DNA from: Obrimoposthia wandeli
Lineage: Eukaryota
Direction: 5' to 3'
Assembly (NCBI GenBank): GCA_977020255.1
Contig: CDROCS010002751.1
Span: 124,001 to 188,000 of the forward strand
Length of the DNA: 64,000 nt
In this document: positions 60,051-64,000 of the stretch, in pieces
Numbering within the stretch: the first letter of the stretch is position 1
How the letters are laid out: each line of letters opens with the position of its first letter
The notes under the pieces: generated by a model
Told to the model about the DNA's origin: nothing
Databases searched by the model: none
The model's input: only the letters and a program-made list of their open reading frames with translations
Position numbers and translations under genes: made by a program

Positions 60051-61198
60051 TGTCTTTAGAACTTAAAAATCTTTATGATGATTTCAGAGATGCAGATACG
60101 ATAAAAGCATACGCTAAAATGATTGCTTTAGATGCCCAAAAATTAGAAAAACCTATAAATATCATGGAAGTTTGTGGTGGACATACTCATACGATTATGA
60201 AGTATGGTATTCCTCAACTTATGCCAGAAAATATTAACTTTATACATGGTCCTGGTTGTCCTGTGTGTATTATGCCAAAAGAGAGAATCGATCATGCCTA
60301 TGTATTAAGTATGCTGCCTGATGTAATACTTGTAACTCTTGGAGATATGATAAAAGTACCAGGGTCTAATGGTAGTTTACAAGATGCACGAGCTAAGGGT
60401 GCTGATGTACGTTTTGTATATTCTCCTTTGGATTGTATAAAAATTGCTAAAGAAAATCCTAGTAAAAAAGTGATATTTTTTGCTATTGGTTTTGAAACAA
60501 CTACACCTATGACAGCAGCTTTAATTAACACTATAATAAAACTCGATATAAAAAATGTTTTATTACATATCAATCATGTAACAGTACCTGAAGTGATGAA
60601 AGAGTTAATAGATAGTCGTGATATTCATGTAGATAGTTATAACAATCAAATCGATGCTTTTCTTGGACCTTCTCATGTGAGCGTTATAAGTGGTAGTAAA
60701 ATATATGAAGAGTTTCCACGCGATTATAATCGTCCAGTTGTCGTTTCTGGTTTTGAGCCTGTTGATGTGATGCAAGCAATTTCTATGATAGTAAAACAGT
60801 TTATAGAAAATCGCTGTGAACTAGAAGTAGAATACAATAGACTTGTAAGTTACGATGGTAATATAAAAGCACAAGAACTTATAGAAAAGTATTTTGAAAA
60901 AACTGATTTGTTTAAATGGAGAGGTTTAGGAAATATTGCTAAAAGTGGTTTACGACTAAAAGATGAGTATAGTGTATATGATGCAGAAGTTGTTTATAAA
61001 GATATCTTACCAATTGAAGAGATAGAAGATCATAAACTTTGTATTTGTGGTGACATTTTAAGAGGAATTGCAAGTCCCCCTGAATGTACTATATTTGGAA
61101 CAGCATGTAAACCAACTAACCCAATAGGTTCTTGTATGGTAAGTAGTGAAGGTGCTTGTGCCGCTTACTATAAATATGGTAATCTTTTAAAGAAATAA
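60050..61198 (+). CDS. hypD: Hydrogenase formation protein HypD
   Basis: EVCGGHTH, GPGCPVC, GFETT, GSCMVSSEGACAAYY. Confidence 0.96.
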   Translation: MSLELKNLYDDFRDADTIKAYAKMIALDAQKLEKPINIMEVCGGHTHTIMKYGIPQLMPENINFIHGPGCPVCIMPKERIDHAYVLSMLPDVILVTLGDMIKVPGSNGSLQDARAKGADVRFVYSPLDCIKIAKENPSKKVIFFAIGFETTTPMTAALINTIIKLDIKNVLLHINHVTVPEVMKELIDSRDIHVDSYNNQIDAFLGPSHVSVISGSKIYEEFPRDYNRPVVVSGFEPVDVMQAISMIVKQFIENRCELEVEYNRLVSYDGNIKAQELIEKYFEKTDLFKWRGLGNIAKSGLRLKDEYSVYDAEVVYKDILPIEEIEDHKLCICGDILRGIASPPECTIFGTACKPTNPIGSCMVSSEGACAAYYKYGNLLKK

Positions 61199-61230
61199 TA
61201 GCTACACTTATATAAACATAGGAGTTACCC

Positions 61231-61911
61231 ATGACAGATATAGAAAAAAGTTTTTTAGATAACCATAGTAAAGAAAAAGATATATGGAGAATTTTTAGAA
61301 TCATTAGTGATTTTACAGATGCTTATGAAGCATTCTCAACTTTGCCACCAGCAGTATCGATTTTTGGAAGTGCAAGAACACTTAAAACAGAGAAGTACTA
61401 TAAAAAAACAGTAAAAATTTCACAAAAACTTTCACAAAAAGGTTTTACAATAGTAACTGGTGGTGGCGGTGGCATCATGGAAGCTGGAAATAAAGGTGCA
61501 AAGATATCAGTTGGGCTTAATATAAAGCTACCAGAAGAACAAAAAGAAAATAAGTTTGTAACACACTCTTTAAACTTCAAATACTTTTTTACAAGAAAAG
61601 TAACATTTATTAAAAACTCTGTTGCATTTATAGCAATGCCTGGTGGTTTTGGAACTTTAGATGAATTATCTGAAGCATTGTGTTTAGTTCAAACAAAAAG
61701 AATGGGAGCATTTCCTATCGTACTTTTTGGCAAAAGTTTTTACAAACCTTTAGAAAAGTTTTTTAAAGTAATGTTGGAGCATGAATACTTGAGTAAAGAA
61801 GATTTGAGTTTATATATCATTACTGATAGTATTGATGAAGCTGTTGATTATATAGTAAAATATAGTGAAAAAAATGGCTCAAATATTGAAGAAAAAAGAT
61901 CTTTATTATGA
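61231..61911 (+). CDS. LOG/SLOG family protein (TIGR00730-like)
   Basis: VSIFGSAR, TGGGGGIMEA.NKGA, PGGFGTLDE. Confidence 0.9.
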   Translation: MTDIEKSFLDNHSKEKDIWRIFRIISDFTDAYEAFSTLPPAVSIFGSARTLKTEKYYKKTVKISQKLSQKGFTIVTGGGGGIMEAGNKGAKISVGLNIKLPEEQKENKFVTHSLNFKYFFTRKVTFIKNSVAFIAMPGGFGTLDELSEALCLVQTKRMGAFPIVLFGKSFYKPLEKFFKVMLEHEYLSKEDLSLYIITDSIDEAVDYIVKYSEKNGSNIEEKRSLL

Positions 61912-62234
61912 TAAGTGTTTTACTAGAATTTGCAATGTTCCCAACATCAGCAGACGGAAGAGAAGGCTCTTCTGTTTCAAAAGAAGTAAGTAAAGTAATA
62001 GATGCTATTGATAAATCAGGAGTGCCATATCAGTTAACGGCGATGGGTACGATTATAGAAGCATCTAGTATGAAAGAAGCATTAGGTATTGTGGAACTTG
62101 CATACGAACAACTCGAAGATTGTGAGAGAGTTTATTCATCATTAAAATTTGATATTCGTAAAAACTGTGAAAACAGACTTACTTCAAAAGTAGAAAAAGT
62201 AGAAAAAACATTAAATAGAAAAGTAAATAGTTAA
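61908..62234 (+). CDS. Thiamine-binding protein family (MTH1187/YkoF-like)
   Basis: EFAMFP, SVSKEV..VI..I..SG..YQLTAMGTIIE, KFDIRK pattern. Confidence 0.82.
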   Translation: MISVLLEFAMFPTSADGREGSSVSKEVSKVIDAIDKSGVPYQLTAMGTIIEASSMKEALGIVELAYEQLEDCERVYSSLKFDIRKNCENRLTSKVEKVEKTLNRKVNS

Positions 62235-62258
62235 TATATACATATAGGAACAAAACAG

Positions 62259-63263
62259 ATGAACAAAACAATAACACTCGCAAACGGTAATGGTGGTGAA
62301 GAAAACAACGAACTTATTTCAAAGGTATTTTACAAAGCTTTTAAAAATGATATTTTAGAAAAAAGTGAAGATGCTGCAATCATAGACGTGCATGGTGGAG
62401 AGTTAGCGTTTTCTACAGATAGTTTTACTGTGAGTCCTTTGTTTTTTGCAGGTGCAGATATAGGGAAACTAGCTGTTTGTGGAACTTGTAATGATTTGGC
62501 GATGATGGGCGCTCGTCCTAAGTACTTAACTTGTAGTGTTATTATTGAAGAGGGTTTTGCTACTCGTGATTTAGAAAAAATAGTACGAAGTATGAAATCT
62601 GAATTAGAAGTAAATGGAGCTATCGTTGTAAGTGGGGATACTAAGGTTGTACCACGAGGTAGTGTTGATAAGATATTTATCAATACTACAGGAATAGGGG
62701 AAGTTACTAAAAAAGGTATAAGTTCAAATAGTATAACTACTGATGATATTATTTTAGTAAATCGTGATATCGGATGTCATGGAGCTACTATCTTTGCTGC
62801 TCGTGAAGGTATAGAGATGAGTAGTAATCTTAAAAGTGATTGTACTTCTTTATATCCACAAGTAAAAGCTCTTATAGATGCAGGTATAAATATAACTGCT
62901 TTACGAGATGCTACAAGAGGTGGAGTGAGTGCTGTTTTAAATGAGTGGTCAAAACAATCAAATGTATGTATAGAAGTAGAAGAACAATCTATTCCTGTAA
63001 GCGATGAAGTTACAGGTATTTGTGAGATGTTAGGATTTGAAGCAAGTGCTTTAGCAAACGAAGGTACTTTTGTTTTAGCTATTCATAAAGATGATGCAAA
63101 TAAAGCATTAGAGATATTAAAAACATTTGAAGCTAATACTATGGCTTCTATTATCGGTAAAGTAACGCAAACGCACTTACAAAAAGTTATACTCAATAGT
63201 GCCTATGGTACACAAAGATTTTTAGATACGCCTACAGGTGAATTACTTCCAAGAATTTGTTAA
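62259..63263 (+). CDS. hypE: Hydrogenase carbamoyl dehydratase HypE
   Basis: TDSFTVSP, GDTKVV, RDATRGG, ANEG, C-terminal LPRIC. Confidence 0.96.
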   Translation: MNKTITLANGNGGEENNELISKVFYKAFKNDILEKSEDAAIIDVHGGELAFSTDSFTVSPLFFAGADIGKLAVCGTCNDLAMMGARPKYLTCSVIIEEGFATRDLEKIVRSMKSELEVNGAIVVSGDTKVVPRGSVDKIFINTTGIGEVTKKGISSNSITTDDIILVNRDIGCHGATIFAAREGIEMSSNLKSDCTSLYPQVKALIDAGINITALRDATRGGVSAVLNEWSKQSNVCIEVEEQSIPVSDEVTGICEMLGFEASALANEGTFVLAIHKDDANKALEILKTFEANTMASIIGKVTQTHLQKVILNSAYGTQRFLDTPTGELLPRIC

Positions 63264-63276
63264 TAAGTAATATTAA

Positions 63277-64000
63277 ATGAAAATACTTTTACTTGTATCA
63301 GCTTTTAACTCTTTAACTCAAGGAGTATTTGTCAAACTACAAGATGCTGGGCATATGGTAGGTGTACAGTATGCAATAGATGATATATCTATCATAGAAG
63401 AAGTAAACAGATTTGAACCAGATATCATCTTTTGCCCTTATTTAAAAAAGTATATACCAAAAGAGGTCTTTACTAAAGTACCTACATATATTTTACATCC
63501 TGGAATTCGAGGGGATAAAGGTCATCACTCACTAGATCATGCAGTAAGAGATGAAAAAAAAGAATGGGGAGTAGTGATTCTAAAAGCAAATGAACATTTT
63601 GATGGTGGTGAAATCTATGCCCAATCCAACTTTGAAGTAAGAGATACATACAAAGCCTCACTTTATAGAGATGAAGTTTTTTATGCAACTTTAAATGCTG
63701 TTGATAATCTACTAGTAAACTTACAAGATAAAAACTTTACACCTACAAAACAACTCAATACCCCTTTACATCATTATTTAACAACGCAAGATAGACAAAT
63801 AGACTGGGAAAAAGACACAACTTTAGAGATAGTTAAAAAAATCTATACGAGTGATAGTTACCCCGGAGTATTAGATACTATTTTAGGAGTGCAGTGTTAT
63901 TTGTTTGGAGCTTGGGAAGAAGAAAAACTTACAGGTGGAGTAAAAGAGATACTTGCTAAAAGAGATGGTGCAATATGTCTAGGTACTATCGATGGTGCTA
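63277..64000 (+). CDS. hypX: Hydrogenase maturation protein HypX/HoxX (partial, runs off right edge)
   Basis: Manual translation MKILLLVSAFNSLTQ...IFCPYLKKYIP...HPGIRGDKGHHSLD...WGVVILKANEHFDGGEIYA: formyltransferase-like N-terminus; no stop inside the window, so absent from the track. Confidence 0.88.
   Translation, partial: MKILLLVSAFNSLTQGVFVKLQDAGHMVGVQYAIDDISIIEEVNRFEPDIIFCPYLKKYIPKEVFTKVPTYILHPGIRGDKGHHSLDHAVRDEKKEWGVVILKANEHFDGGEIYAQSNFEVRDTYKASLYRDEVFYATLNAVDNLLVNLQDKNFTPTKQLNTPLHHYLTTQDRQIDWEKDTTLEIVKKIYTSDSYPGVLDTILGVQCYLFGAWEEEKLTGGVKEILAKRDGAICLGTIDGA

Noticed and set aside
463-63688. Many short antisense or overlapping ORFs in the track (e.g. 679-1245, 20712-21134, 30652-31095, 42825-43094, 62330-62683)
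   Set aside because: They lie opposite or within well-supported genes, lack RBSs or recognisable motifs, and are consistent with shadow ORFs
58972-64000. Apparent absence of hypA
   Set aside because: The operon runs off the window edge, so hypA may lie downstream
1-64000. CRISPR arrays, tRNA, rRNA, integron attC sites, long poly-G/C phase-variation tracts
   Set aside because: None seen by eye; intergenic regions are short and AT-rich. A tRNAscan, Infernal or CRISPR scan would confirm

Overview
AT-rich chromosomal segment of a Campylobacterota bacterium, most likely Arcobacteraceae-like (inferred from gene content and protein style). Left to right it holds: clpB with HAIR- and CIRCE-like sites; the rpmH-rnpA-yidD-yidC-jag-mnmE block; a Bpt/ATE transferase; a heme-c sensor EAL protein; trmD-rplS; a TetR gene with a cytoplasmic group 2-type [NiFe] hydrogenase, followed by the membrane-bound hydABC-hydD-hydE-hypF cluster; a CetAB-like PAS/MCP pair and a Cache MCP; sulfur assimilation genes (rrf2-cysK-class V aminotransferase-metY, then DUF2061-cysH-cysD-cysN-sulfite reductase, SirC/Met8 and yeeE); a polar amino-acid ABC transporter with two binding proteins; an HD-GYP protein; an EcoEI-like type I restriction-modification locus carrying YhcG and RhuM; RNase HI, Rof-like, SDR and DGC genes; a catalytically degenerate IS1595-like transposase; and a Ni transporter-hypBCD-LOG-TBP-hypE-hypX operon running off the right edge. 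No rRNA, tRNA or CRISPR array was seen. The most interesting signals are: (i) a palindrome ATGAATnnCTATTCA shared by the hydA and Ni/hyp promoters 42 kb apart, suggesting a TetR/group 2 hydrogenase regulon; (ii) a possibly domesticated IS1595 transposase divergent from the Ni/hyp operon; (iii) three GC-rich intragenic inverted repeats in yhcG and rhuM; (iv) rnpA with no ATG/GTG/TTG start; (v) back-to-back perfect inverted repeats that occlude the RBS of the Cache MCP.
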